Source of the DNA: an uncultured Victivallales bacterium
GTDB lineage: Bacteria; Verrucomicrobiota; Kiritimatiellia; UBA8416
Assembly (NCBI GenBank): GCA_964472315.1
Contig: CAYYJS010000002.1
Coordinates: forward strand, 54,315-118,314
Direction: 5' to 3'
DNA length: 64,000 nt
Below, in pieces: positions 50,223 to 59,691 of the stretch (positions are counted from its first letter, which is position 1; every line of letters begins with the position of its first letter). A program made the position numbers and the translations under genes. The notes under the pieces are model-generated. The model ran no database searches and had not been told where the DNA came from. It saw only the letters and a list, made by a program, of their open reading frames with translations.

Positions 50223-51029
50223 GTGCACCTGCGACGACACATGCGCAAGAGGATCCGCGACACGCTGCCGGCGCTTCTGGCACTGGGCGCCGCGGCGGGC
50301 ATGGTTGTCCCGGCGGAGACCGTGCGCGGGGCGCTTGCGGCGAGCGATTTTTCGCGATATCAGGTCATTCTTGACCGACGGCCTTTCGGCGCTGCCGTCG
50401 AACCCGATGCCGTCGGCGCCGCGCCGGTTGCGGTACCGACGGCATCGTTTGCGCCGCGGATCCGCATGTGTGCCATCACGGCGCGGAGCGGGCAGATCCG
50501 TGTCGGGTTCGTCGATCAGGGCGTCAAGCCCGAGAAGTCCTATTACCTCTTCGTGGGCGAATCCGAGGACGGGTTCGAAGTTGTCGACGCCGACTACGCG
50601 AAAGAGGTCTTTCTCCTGCGCAAAGACGGCCATGAGGGCTGGATATCCATGCGGGAAGGCGATGGGGAATCAATGCCTGCGCCGCGCGTTGCGTTTTCGC
50701 CACCTGGCGGCAGACCTTCCTACTCTGGTAGTAGACGAGTGCTCATTCCAGCATCGGGGGTGACGCCTGAGCAATATCGACGTGAAGTCGAGGCTGGTAC
50801 TCGTCCGAAACCACGTTCCGCCGTGACGGCATTCAACCGATACATAGACCAAGACGGCGCCGTGCTCAGCACGGATGCCGCGGAACAGAGCGAGGCATCT
50901 TTACGTGCGTACAATCTTGAGCTGATCCGCGCCCGTGGCAGCAAAGGGCCCGCCCTTCCTATCCCGCTGACCCCCGACGAGGACGCGCAACTCGTCAAGG
51001 AGGGAGTCCTTTCCGAGGTGGGCGAGTGA
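50223..51029 (+). CDS. Secreted hypothetical protein, paralog B of a tandem pair
   Basis: Same motif set as paralog A (DFSRYQVILDRRPFG, KSYYLFVGESEDGFEVVDADYAKE, LPIPLTPDEDAQLVKEGVL). Confidence 0.55.
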   Translation: MHLRRHMRKRIRDTLPALLALGAAAGMVVPAETVRGALAASDFSRYQVILDRRPFGAAVEPDAVGAAPVAVPTASFAPRIRMCAITARSGQIRVGFVDQGVKPEKSYYLFVGESEDGFEVVDADYAKEVFLLRKDGHEGWISMREGDGESMPAPRVAFSPPGGRPSYSGSRRVLIPASGVTPEQYRREVEAGTRPKPRSAVTAFNRYIDQDGAVLSTDAAEQSEASLRAYNLELIRARGSKGPALPIPLTPDEDAQLVKEGVLSEVGE

Positions 51030-51309
51030 AAGTGGTCGATACCGACAGAATCGAGGCCCAAAGCTGGTGCGCCCCGAAAGGAAGGGCAATCGGCCAATGA
51101 CATGACGTGAAAAATACTTGCCATGGCACACGCAGACGTGCTACCGTACTGACACTAAGGGAAACCATTAGGTTCTAGAATGTGACTCGATTGCATCGCA
51201 GAATCAGAATAGGGTTGACGGGCTGCGATAGGTGATCTAGCATATTCTTCAGACACTAAGAGGCATGCTTTAGTAACTGAATGTGTGTTGCCGAAAGGGA
51301 GGACCAGCG

Positions 51310-52365
51310 ATGAAAAAGATAGTGTTGGTTGCGTGCGCAGTGGCTATGCTGAGTTCGTTCGCTCCGGCGGACACGGTAACCAGCGTCAATGTGGTGGGTG
51401 TGTTCAATGTCACAGTGGAGGCCGGAGTGTCTAATGCGCTCACCTTCATTGGTGTGCCAATGACGAAACTTCCAGTGGCTCGCGGTCAAGTATTGAGCAG
51501 CACGGCGAGTACTCTCACAGGCAACGGCGTCACTTGGGATTCGAATGCGTTCGCTCCCGGTGGCGGGGCAGCCGGTGAGAACGGTGTCAGCACCTATTAC
51601 GTGGAAATCACGAGCGGCGCGATGGAAGGGCGGCATTTCTATATTACCGCGAATGACACAACCACGCTGACCCTCGCGACAACCGAATTGGGTGGCGGCG
51701 TGGCGGACGGCCAGAATTTCAAGATCATCCCTGCAAATCGCGTACGTGATGTATTCGGGGAGCCAGGTTCAGCAGATATTAAGTTGCGTGGCGGTTCGAC
51801 ATCTGCGGATGCCGATAGTCTCCGGGTATGGGATAACAGCCAGGGCAAATGGTCTAGTCCAATATTCTACCAGAACGCTGGCCGCAATCCTGCTAATGCA
51901 TGGCTGCAGGGCGGTGTGGCGGCAAATGACCTTGTGATTGATCGTGATGTTGGTGTATTAGTCCAGACACTGGGCGCTGCAGGACGTGACGACGTAAAGA
52001 TTGCCGTCCTTGGCGAAGTATCGGGAAATGATCAGAGTATCGTCTTGGAATCGGGTGCAGCGCTTCTAGGTGGAATGGTTGCTGTGGATACCCCGATTGG
52101 GCAGGCTGGGCTTGAGCCCCCGGTTCTTGAGGGTGGATCAACTTCAGCTGATGCCGATTCAATTCTGTACTGGGATGTAGCGCAGGGCAAATGGTCGACT
52201 CCCGTATTTTTTCAGAATGAAGGGCGTAACCCCGCCAATGCATGGCTGCAGTCGGGTGTTATCGTCAACCAAACGTTCATACTCAAAGCTGGACAAGCGT
52301 ACTTTTTCCGTTTGGCTCCTGGCACGGATGGCAATTTGTGGAATCGTCCCTCGCCGTTGAAGTAG
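51310..52365 (+). CDS. Secreted protein with an internal approximately 45-aa duplication
   Basis: GGGAGG RBS 7 nt upstream. Signal peptide MKKIVLVACAVAMLSSFA. Repeat units GGSTSADADSLRVWDNSQGKWSSPIFYQNAGRNPANAWLQGGV and GGSTSADADSILYWDVAQGKWSTPVFFQNEGRNPANAWLQSGV. Confidence 0.6.
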   Translation: MKKIVLVACAVAMLSSFAPADTVTSVNVVGVFNVTVEAGVSNALTFIGVPMTKLPVARGQVLSSTASTLTGNGVTWDSNAFAPGGGAAGENGVSTYYVEITSGAMEGRHFYITANDTTTLTLATTELGGGVADGQNFKIIPANRVRDVFGEPGSADIKLRGGSTSADADSLRVWDNSQGKWSSPIFYQNAGRNPANAWLQGGVAANDLVIDRDVGVLVQTLGAAGRDDVKIAVLGEVSGNDQSIVLESGAALLGGMVAVDTPIGQAGLEPPVLEGGSTSADADSILYWDVAQGKWSTPVFFQNEGRNPANAWLQSGVIVNQTFILKAGQAYFFRLAPGTDGNLWNRPSPLK

Positions 52366-52434
52366 ACCAATTCTGTTGTTGACAGGGTTGTCTAGGCGAA
52401 GAGGTGAAGTGATTTCAGAGCGAGAGGAAAATAA

Positions 52435-53103
52435 ATGAAAATGTACAAGTTAGGGGCAATCTCAAGTGTGGTGTTTTTTTTCGGAGTTGTTGTGCAGTCG
52501 CAAGCGGTGCTGAGTGTAAATATCGCTGGAGGCGGTGATTCGGTGCTTTATAACAGTTCGGGAATTGCGCTGAGTGATTCCGGTCTCGTCTTTGAACTCA
52601 TTGTTGATACAGACAACAATACCGATATAGCAGGTCTGGTAACTTCTAGGATGCTGAATATGACAGGCGATTCGGTATTGCTTGGCGGCGTTCATGCGTC
52701 CGCTGTGAATGACCTGGTTGTCGGATTTTACAACTGGACGTACGATTCCGGAGTCCATTTCATTCAGGAGGGGCTTGGCTATGAGCATGAATTCTCCGTG
52801 CCAGATGCGCATGCGTCAGACGCCTTCTATATCCGTTGGTTCAATGCGGATAAGAGCGAAGCAGGTTTCATCTATTCGGATTCGGACTCTTGGGCCACGC
52901 CTCCAGATTCAGGGTCATCAATTCTCACGCCGGACATTAGTTACTGGGTCTATTCGACGACGACACGAGTGGCTGGCAATGATGGCACCATGAACGGTTC
53001 ACTCGGTTGGCAGACCGTTGCGCCGGTGCCGGAGCCCACATCGCTCGCGTTGTTGGCGATCGGTATGGCGACGTTAGCCGTTAGCCGTCGGCGTCGCACT
53101 TAA
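52435..53103 (+). CDS. PEP-CTERM sorting-domain protein (exosortase substrate)
   Basis: Signal peptide. The C-terminus is VPEP-TSLALLAIGMATLAV-SRRRRT, i.e. PEP motif, TM helix, then a basic cluster. Confidence 0.8.
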   Translation: MKMYKLGAISSVVFFFGVVVQSQAVLSVNIAGGGDSVLYNSSGIALSDSGLVFELIVDTDNNTDIAGLVTSRMLNMTGDSVLLGGVHASAVNDLVVGFYNWTYDSGVHFIQEGLGYEHEFSVPDAHASDAFYIRWFNADKSEAGFIYSDSDSWATPPDSGSSILTPDISYWVYSTTTRVAGNDGTMNGSLGWQTVAPVPEPTSLALLAIGMATLAVSRRRRT

Positions 53104-53200
53104 GTCGACGGGTATTTGATACGCAGCGGGGAGCTGGCCATGGGTCAGCTCCCCGTTTTCTTTCTTGTACTCGAGCGATGCTTCCCGCTTACTGAATCCG

Positions 53201-56200
53201 ATGAAAACGCCCCCTTCAGTCACGCGAGTTGCAAGCATTGTGCTGGGCACGGTTCTGGGGCTCGCTGCGCTGGGTATCTACGGGAGTACGGTGCCCCAAG
53301 GTGCCTATCCCGGCGGATCGGCCGAGTTGATCGTTCAGCAGACCGGTCTTGTGCCTGTGATATCGCCGCGTTTTCCGCTCTGGCGTGCCGCCGCATGGTT
53401 GCTCAAGTTCATTCCCGCGGGCGATCTGCCACTGCGGCTCAACCTGTTCAGCGCGCTCTGCGGAGTGCTGGTGGTGTGGTTGCTTCATGCGACGATGGTG
53501 CGCGCCATTCACGTCGTGCTGGAGGATTCGTCCGCGCGCGCGGGACGCGCGTTCGTGGCGAAGCAGGCGGCGGGGGTGGCGGCGGCCGTGGCTCTGATGG
53601 TATCGGTTCCGTTCTGGTGCGTTTCGAATCGCGCGCACACGGGCGCGTTCGACCTGTTATTGCTCGTCGCGTGCGCGTGGTTGCTGTTGCGTTACCACGA
53701 GCGGGGGCGGTTGCGGGATGCGCTGGCGCTTGTGCTGCTGTTTGGTGCGGGCCTCGCCGAGTTGGCGACAATGATCGTGTTCGCGCCGCTGCTGGCGGTG
53801 GCGCTGGTCTACTGCCTGTGGTCGCATGAATCGCTGCGCCCCGGCCCCATTGCCGGGTTGACGGTCGCCTTCCTTGCCGCCGCATCATCCGTCTATCTCC
53901 TGGCGGCATGGGCCTTCCACGGGTCGCCGGGCTATGCGCTCAGGGACTACAGCGGGTTCCTGGAGATCGTCTGGCACATGTGGCGTGAACAGTACGGTCT
54001 CATCACGTCAAGCCTGCCGAGGGAAGGATGGCTCATCATCCTCTTCGTTTCGGTCGTGCCGTGGCTCGCGTGTCTGGTCGTGGCGCGGCGCGGCATCAAC
54101 GACGAACGCGATTACGGCAGCGCCATCCTGCATGTCGTGCTGACGGCCCTTGCGCTGGGCGTGCTCCTGAACTCGCGGTTCAGCCCGTGGGCCATTCTGG
54201 GTGGCGATCGGTTGCTCGTAACTCCGTACCTCCTGACGAGTATGCTGTACGGGTATCTGACGGCATACTGGTTTCTGTTGCCGACGCGGTGGATTGCCGA
54301 GAGCGACCGGCGCGGAGCGGAGTTTCTTCGCCGGTGCCTGGGTCCGGCGCTGGCCATTCCCCTTTTGGGGGTGCTGGTATGGACCGGTATCCGCAATGCG
54401 CCTGAGGCGAACGCCCGGCGCGGCGGCCTTGTCGACGCCTATGCATCGCGCGTCGTCGATGCCCTGCGCGGACGGACATGGCTTGTGACCGATGGCGTCA
54501 TTGACAACCATATCCTGCTGGCGGCGTACGAGCGAGACGTCCCATTACGCCTGATCAGCGCGAGCCCCTATGTGAATAGTGTCTACCTGAAATATGTGGG
54601 GACACTGTTCGACGACCCTCAACTGAAGAATCTTGCGGCGCTCGGAACGCTGCCGCTGCTTGCCGAGTGGATGTCGCGCGACCCGGATATCGCCGGCAAG
54701 CTCGCGGTCCTCGATCTGCCGGACCTCTGGGTGAGCGCGGGGTATTCCGCCATTCCGTCCGGATTGGTGTATTTCGGCGGTGCGCCCGGCGCTACCGTTC
54801 CGGGCGACATCGTGGCGCAACAGGCCGATGTCTGGGCGTACATGTCGGCGATGAGCGATCGGCGGGACACGCTGCCTGCCGATGTCCGCAGGCTCGTGGA
54901 CGAGTTCTATCGACACACCGGCGTGCTGGCCAACAATCTCGGCGTCGCGCTTGAATCCGAGTCCCGGCATGCGGAAGCCGAGGCCTGCTATCGGCAGGCG
55001 CGCCGGCTTTCACCCGACAACGTCAGCGCCCTGCTTAACCTTGCCGTGATGGTGCGGGAGAAGCGGATCGCGGACGATGGCGGCGCGATCCAACAGGCGA
55101 TGGACCGGCTCGCCGAGGAGAGCAAGGGTCGATACCGCATCTGGTCGCTCTCGCGGTACTATGGGTATGTACGCGTGCCGGAAGCCTTCGCGGACTTGGG
55201 GTGGACGTGGGCGCAGTCCGGGCGTCCCGAGCTCGCGCAAGCGCGCATGGCGCAGGCGCTCAGTCTCGCCGGCGCCGATAACCGCGCCGGACTGCAGCGC
55301 ATGATGGCCGGGGTCCTGCTGCTGCAGGGCGATGCGGACGAAAGCGCGGAGATACTCGAGAAGTTGGTGGCCGAGAACCCGAAGGACGTTCGCAGTCTGT
55401 TGGGGTTGGCGCGTGTCGAACTGCGGCGCGGCGGGCTGGATGTTTCCGAAAATTTGTTGCGGCGCGCGGAAGAGGCGGGCGCCGATGCCAATGCGCTGGT
55501 TTACGACCGTGCGCGACTGGCGATGGCCCGCGGCAAGACCGATGAAGCGCGCGAGGCCCTGACCGCATTGATACGGCAACGTTCCGAGGATCCTGAACTG
55601 TGGGCGCTCTTGGCGGAAGTGGCGCTGTTGGCTCACGATTTCGGGCGCGCCGGGGACCATCTTGGGCGTCTGGAACAGCTTGAAGGACCGCGCGGGTTCC
55701 GCGGGGCGGTGCTGCGCGGACGCATGGCGCTTATGCAGTCGGACCTGGAGCGCGCGCGACACGAATTCGAGGCGGCGGCGCAGATTCGTCCGAATGACGT
55801 ACCCCTGATGGACATGCTGCTGCGCATCTGCGTCGCCTTGCGGCAACAGGGCGCGGTCTGGCACTACGCGCGGGAGATCCTGAAGCGTGACCGCAACCAT
55901 GCGTTCGCGCTCAACATGCTGGGGTTGCTGCGTGTGGGGGAGGGACGGCTCGATCTGGCCGAGGCCGCTCTGCGGCGCAGTCTGGAAATCAGACGGACGC
56001 CTGCCATTCTCAACGATCTCGCTTGGACGTTGTGCCTGCTGAAACAGTACGAGGAGGCCGAGCGACTGATTCGCGAATGCCTTGCGCAGAACGCCGCGAA
56101 CTATGCGTATCAGGACACGCTGGGTACGATTCTGATGCGTGTCGGGCGACACGCCGAGGCGGCCGAAGCGTTCGAGAAGGCGCTGGCGCTCTATCAGCGG

Positions 56201-56356
56201 GACCTGCAGGTCCACGTGAAAATGGCGGAGTGTCAGGCGGTGTTGGGCAATCGCGACCGTGCGAGATCGTTGTTGGATGCGCTCGCGCCCTTTGCCGGGG
56301 CGCTGTCGGAGGAAGACCGCGAGTCGATCGTGAAGGTCCGACGGTTGCTGGAGTAG
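53201..56356 (+). CDS. Large polytopic membrane protein (about 11 TM) with a C-terminal approximately 600-aa TPR array
   Basis: N-terminal hydrophobic helices through approximately residue 430. More than 12 TPR-like units follow (AEAEACYRQARRLSPDN ... ALALYQRDLQVHVKMAECQ). Start taken at MKTPPSV. Confidence 0.6.
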   Translation: MKTPPSVTRVASIVLGTVLGLAALGIYGSTVPQGAYPGGSAELIVQQTGLVPVISPRFPLWRAAAWLLKFIPAGDLPLRLNLFSALCGVLVVWLLHATMVRAIHVVLEDSSARAGRAFVAKQAAGVAAAVALMVSVPFWCVSNRAHTGAFDLLLLVACAWLLLRYHERGRLRDALALVLLFGAGLAELATMIVFAPLLAVALVYCLWSHESLRPGPIAGLTVAFLAAASSVYLLAAWAFHGSPGYALRDYSGFLEIVWHMWREQYGLITSSLPREGWLIILFVSVVPWLACLVVARRGINDERDYGSAILHVVLTALALGVLLNSRFSPWAILGGDRLLVTPYLLTSMLYGYLTAYWFLLPTRWIAESDRRGAEFLRRCLGPALAIPLLGVLVWTGIRNAPEANARRGGLVDAYASRVVDALRGRTWLVTDGVIDNHILLAAYERDVPLRLISASPYVNSVYLKYVGTLFDDPQLKNLAALGTLPLLAEWMSRDPDIAGKLAVLDLPDLWVSAGYSAIPSGLVYFGGAPGATVPGDIVAQQADVWAYMSAMSDRRDTLPADVRRLVDEFYRHTGVLANNLGVALESESRHAEAEACYRQARRLSPDNVSALLNLAVMVREKRIADDGGAIQQAMDRLAEESKGRYRIWSLSRYYGYVRVPEAFADLGWTWAQSGRPELAQARMAQALSLAGADNRAGLQRMMAGVLLLQGDADESAEILEKLVAENPKDVRSLLGLARVELRRGGLDVSENLLRRAEEAGADANALVYDRARLAMARGKTDEAREALTALIRQRSEDPELWALLAEVALLAHDFGRAGDHLGRLEQLEGPRGFRGAVLRGRMALMQSDLERARHEFEAAAQIRPNDVPLMDMLLRICVALRQQGAVWHYAREILKRDRNHAFALNMLGLLRVGEGRLDLAEAALRRSLEIRRTPAILNDLAWTLCLLKQYEEAERLIRECLAQNAANYAYQDTLGTILMRVGRHAEAAEAFEKALALYQRDLQVHVKMAECQAVLGNRDRARSLLDALAPFAGALSEEDRESIVKVRRLLE

Positions 56357-56457
56357 GGGATGCGAACAACGGCGTCGTCCGCCGCCGTGCGGCGGGTGTG
56401 CCGATGGGGGGACGTTTCCTGGCCGCGTATCGGCGCCGGAACGTCCTGGCCGGTCGG

Positions 56458-57183
56458 CTAGCGGAGTCCTTCGATCGAACGCATTTCGTCCGGCGTGAGA
56501 TCGCGCCAGCGTCCGGACGGGAGGTCGCCGAGGCGGATGCCGGCATGCGAGGTCCGCACCAACCGTGTGACGCGCAGTCCCACCTCCCTGCACATATGGC
56601 GGATTTGGCGGTTGCGCCCCTCGCGGAGCGTAAACTCGAGGATGGCGCCGTCGCGGGACGCCGTGCCGGGAACCACGGTCACCTTGGCCGGTTGGGTGCG
56701 GTAGCCGTCGATCGTCATGGGCGCGTTGAGCGCGCGCAGGTGGGGCGAGGACGGCACGCCGCACACCATGACGCGGTAGATTTTCTCGTGGGCGTAGCGC
56801 GGATGCATGAGGCGGTTGGCTAGTTCGCCATCGTTGGTCATGAGCAGCAACCCTTCGCTCCCCTTGTCGAGGCGTCCGACCGGGACGAGTCGTTCGCGGA
56901 TGTCGCCGAGCAACGCATATACGGTCTGCCCCTGGCCTTCGTTCGAGCTGCAGATGTAGCCCGCGGGCTTGTGCACGGCGACGGTGCGAAAGGCTTGTCG
57001 AGGCGGCAGTTCGACGCCGTCCACGCTGACGCGGTCGGCGCCTGGATCCACGGTCGAGCCCAGTTGCGTAACGCGCATGCCGTTGACCGCGATGCGCCCT
57101 TGCACAATCATCGACTCCGCCTGCCGTCGCGAGGCAATGCCCCGTTCGGCCAACAGTTTTTGCAGTCGTATCTCTCGTTTCAA
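56458..57183 (-). CDS. rRNA pseudouridine synthase (RsuA/RluB family, S4 + catalytic domain)
   Basis: LQKLLAERGIASRRQAE (S4). Catalytic GRLDKGSEGLLLMTNDG. About 240 aa. Confidence 0.85.
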   Translation of the reverse strand: MKREIRLQKLLAERGIASRRQAESMIVQGRIAVNGMRVTQLGSTVDPGADRVSVDGVELPPRQAFRTVAVHKPAGYICSSNEGQGQTVYALLGDIRERLVPVGRLDKGSEGLLLMTNDGELANRLMHPRYAHEKIYRVMVCGVPSSPHLRALNAPMTIDGYRTQPAKVTVVPGTASRDGAILEFTLREGRNRQIRHMCREVGLRVTRLVRTSHAGIRLGDLPSGRWRDLTPDEMRSIEGLR

Positions 57184-57272
57184 GGCCTTTTCCTCTTGCG
57201 TTAATCCTGTGGTTAGCCGATCATCGAGCGTCCATCAAGCACGGAAGTCAGCCACCGCGATCAGGATATCAT

Positions 57273-59063
57273 GTGACATCGAGAGTGAAGAACGAACAAG
57301 GCCACACATTCCACATCCCGGTCATGGGTACCGGGTTCACGATCGATACCCCGTTGCGAGTGGCCCGCTATGGCATTTCGTCCGTCGTATCGCTGGTCGA
57401 CGATGTCCTGATCGAGTATGTTCGGCGCCACCATTGTACGGCTTCCGGCGAGCCCTACGAGCCGATCGGCGCTCGTGAACCGGACTCGCGCGCCCGCCGT
57501 ATCACCGCCTATCTGGACCTGCTCCACCGCATGATCTCTCGTCAGGTGGACGCTTTGCGGGCATCCCCGTTCGAGCCGGGCAGCGAGATTACCCGCTACT
57601 ACGAACTGCTGCCCGAGGGACCGCGCAAAGCGCAGTACCGAGACATGCAGGCATGCACCGATCCCGTGCGGCGGGCCGCGCTTCAGAAGGAGTTGCGCAC
57701 GAGGACCACGGTGGGTACGGTCGATGTGAACATCATGACGAAACTGGATCGGCAGCCTTACCGTGATGGGAAGAAGCTCGCGCACGAATTCAGCGACGCC
57801 ATGTCGGCGTTGCGCGGCTATGCCAACAGCGTGCTGTGTTCATCCATCATTTTCTCCGCGGGATTGAATCCTCATTTGTACGGGTATGTGACGGCGTTCA
57901 AGGATTTCTTTCCGGATGCGACCGGTGGGTTCCGGAAGCAGATCGTGCTCAAGGTCAGCGATTTTCGCTCAGCCATGGTGCAGGGCCGGTACTTCGCCAA
58001 GCATGGGTTGTGGGTTTCCGAGTTCCGCGTGGAATCCGGCCTCAACTGCGGTGGACATGCGTTTGCGACCAAAGGCGATCTGGCGGGGCCGATCCTTCAG
58101 GAGTTTGTCGATCGGCGCGAGGAACTCGCGGCGCAGTTGCTGAAGGTTTACGGCAAGGCTGTGGCGGCGGCCGGCTATGCCGCTCCCAGCGTGGCGCCGC
58201 CCGTTCGTGTCACCTATCAGGGCGGTGTGGCGACGGCGGCCGAGCATGAGATGCTGATGGAGACTTTTCATCTTGACGGCATCGGGTGGGGAACGCCGTT
58301 TCTGCTTGTGCCGGAGGCCACATGCGTCGACGACGATACGCTTCGGAAGCTGGCGGAGGCCGACGAGGAGGCGGTTTGCCTCGGCGAAGCGTCGCCGCTT
58401 GGCATTCCGTTCTGGACCCTGCGCGATTCGGCCAGCGAGGAGGCTCGCCGTCGGCGCATCGCCCAGGGCGCGCCCGGCAGCGGTTGTCCAAAGGGATTCC
58501 TCGAGCTGGATACGGAGTTTGGCGAGATGCCGCTCTGCCGTGCCTCGCGCGCCTACCAGTCCCTGAAGTTGGCGAGTCTTTCCTCCGCCGACCTGACCGA
58601 GCCGCAACGCGAGGCGGTGCGGCGGGATGTCATGGCGCGATCGTGCATCTGCCACGATCTCGGTGGCGGCGCGGGCATCAAGTACGGTTTCGACAGGGAT
58701 GCCACGCCGGCTGTCTGCCCGAGCAAGAGCATCGTTTCGTTTTCGAGCATCGTCTCGTTCGACGACATGGTCGGGCATATCTACGCCCGGCTTTCGCTGC
58801 TGACGGACGCCCACCGGCCGCATGTCTTCCTGCGCGAATTGTCTCTGAACATCGCGTATTTGCGCCAGCAGATCGACCGGCATACGCTTGGCCTGGCGGT
58901 GCAGAAGGCGGGGCATTTCCGCGAATTCCACGACAACCTGTCAGCGGGCATTGCGTACTACCGCGAGCGTGTCGCGCGTCTTGCGCTCGACGCTCAGGAT
59001 CGGTTTTCGAGCGAGCTCGCCAACCTCGAGTCCGAGCTTTCCGCCCTGCCCCTGCCGGCGTAG
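57273..59063 (+). CDS. Hypothetical 596-aa protein; weak resemblance to FMN-dependent TIM-barrel (nitronate monooxygenase/FabK-like) N-terminal domain
   Basis: HIPVMGTGFTIDTPLRVARYGISSVVS and LNCGGHAF echo the PxxxxPMxGxS/T ... AGG and GGH motifs of NPD-family enzymes. A Cys-rich C-terminal half is unrecognised. Confidence 0.35.
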   Translation: MTSRVKNEQGHTFHIPVMGTGFTIDTPLRVARYGISSVVSLVDDVLIEYVRRHHCTASGEPYEPIGAREPDSRARRITAYLDLLHRMISRQVDALRASPFEPGSEITRYYELLPEGPRKAQYRDMQACTDPVRRAALQKELRTRTTVGTVDVNIMTKLDRQPYRDGKKLAHEFSDAMSALRGYANSVLCSSIIFSAGLNPHLYGYVTAFKDFFPDATGGFRKQIVLKVSDFRSAMVQGRYFAKHGLWVSEFRVESGLNCGGHAFATKGDLAGPILQEFVDRREELAAQLLKVYGKAVAAAGYAAPSVAPPVRVTYQGGVATAAEHEMLMETFHLDGIGWGTPFLLVPEATCVDDDTLRKLAEADEEAVCLGEASPLGIPFWTLRDSASEEARRRRIAQGAPGSGCPKGFLELDTEFGEMPLCRASRAYQSLKLASLSSADLTEPQREAVRRDVMARSCICHDLGGGAGIKYGFDRDATPAVCPSKSIVSFSSIVSFDDMVGHIYARLSLLTDAHRPHVFLRELSLNIAYLRQQIDRHTLGLAVQKAGHFREFHDNLSAGIAYYRERVARLALDAQDRFSSELANLESELSALPLPA

Positions 59064-59085
59064 CGCCCGCCGCCATCGCCGTCGC

Positions 59086-59691
59086 TCATTTATCGGCCGG
59101 GTCTTCTTCCTTTACCGGTTGCGCTTGCTTCGCCGGTTGGGCCGCGTCGGAAGGATGTACACCGACGGCTGTCAGCTTCAGTTCGGCCATCGCGGCGGCC
59201 TTGCGCGCGGCAATCGCGGCATCCTGTGCCGCGAACATCGCCTCGCGTTCGGCGGCGGTTGCGATCATGGTGAGCGGCTTGTCGTCGGATCCGAACATGC
59301 GTCCGACGCCGCGGACGTTGTCGGTGTAGGCACCGACGAAGCGACGTCCGTCTTCCCACGTATAGATGCCATGGCCATGCCGGGAACTGGCCTGCCATTG
59401 GCCCTCATACGTGGCGCCACCTTCCTGGATCCAGACAGCGTAACCATCCACCTGACCATCCTTCCACGCGCCCTGAACGCGTTCGGTGACCACGCCGTTC
59501 ACCGACCATACGGCGGTGCCGGGACCATCGGCCTTACCTTGCTTGACGTGTCCGCTCCACGCCACGGACTCACCGTCGCCCGGCGCCGGGTTCCACACCT
59601 GCGCGCCCGTGTTGGAACACGTCATCCACCCGCCATCCGCGTGCGCGACGACGGCAATCGTAACCAGCAGCGTGACCATCATACCCTTCAT
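59086..59691 (-). CDS. Secreted MORN-repeat protein
   Basis: Signal peptide MKGMMVTLLVTIAVVAHA. Four MORN-like units (YEGQWQASSRHGHGIYTWEDG and others). Ala/Gln/Lys-rich C-terminal tail. The ATG overlaps the upstream stop (ATGA). Confidence 0.65.
   Translation of the reverse strand: MKGMMVTLLVTIAVVAHADGGWMTCSNTGAQVWNPAPGDGESVAWSGHVKQGKADGPGTAVWSVNGVVTERVQGAWKDGQVDGYAVWIQEGGATYEGQWQASSRHGHGIYTWEDGRRFVGAYTDNVRGVGRMFGSDDKPLTMIATAAEREAMFAAQDAAIAARKAAAMAELKLTAVGVHPSDAAQPAKQAQPVKEEDPADK

Larger units (their letters stand above)
51030..53105 (+). other. Lower-GC (about 50%) compositional island carrying two secreted-protein genes
   Basis: The AT-rich leader 51030-51309 and both genes are visibly poorer in G+C than the surrounding approximately 65-70% sequence. 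GC returns to background at about 53.1 kb. Confidence 0.6.

Noticed and set aside
55010-56764. 584-aa minus-strand ORF
   Set aside because: Antisense to the TPR region of the 53201..56356 gene. The TPR periodicity is clear on the plus strand only.
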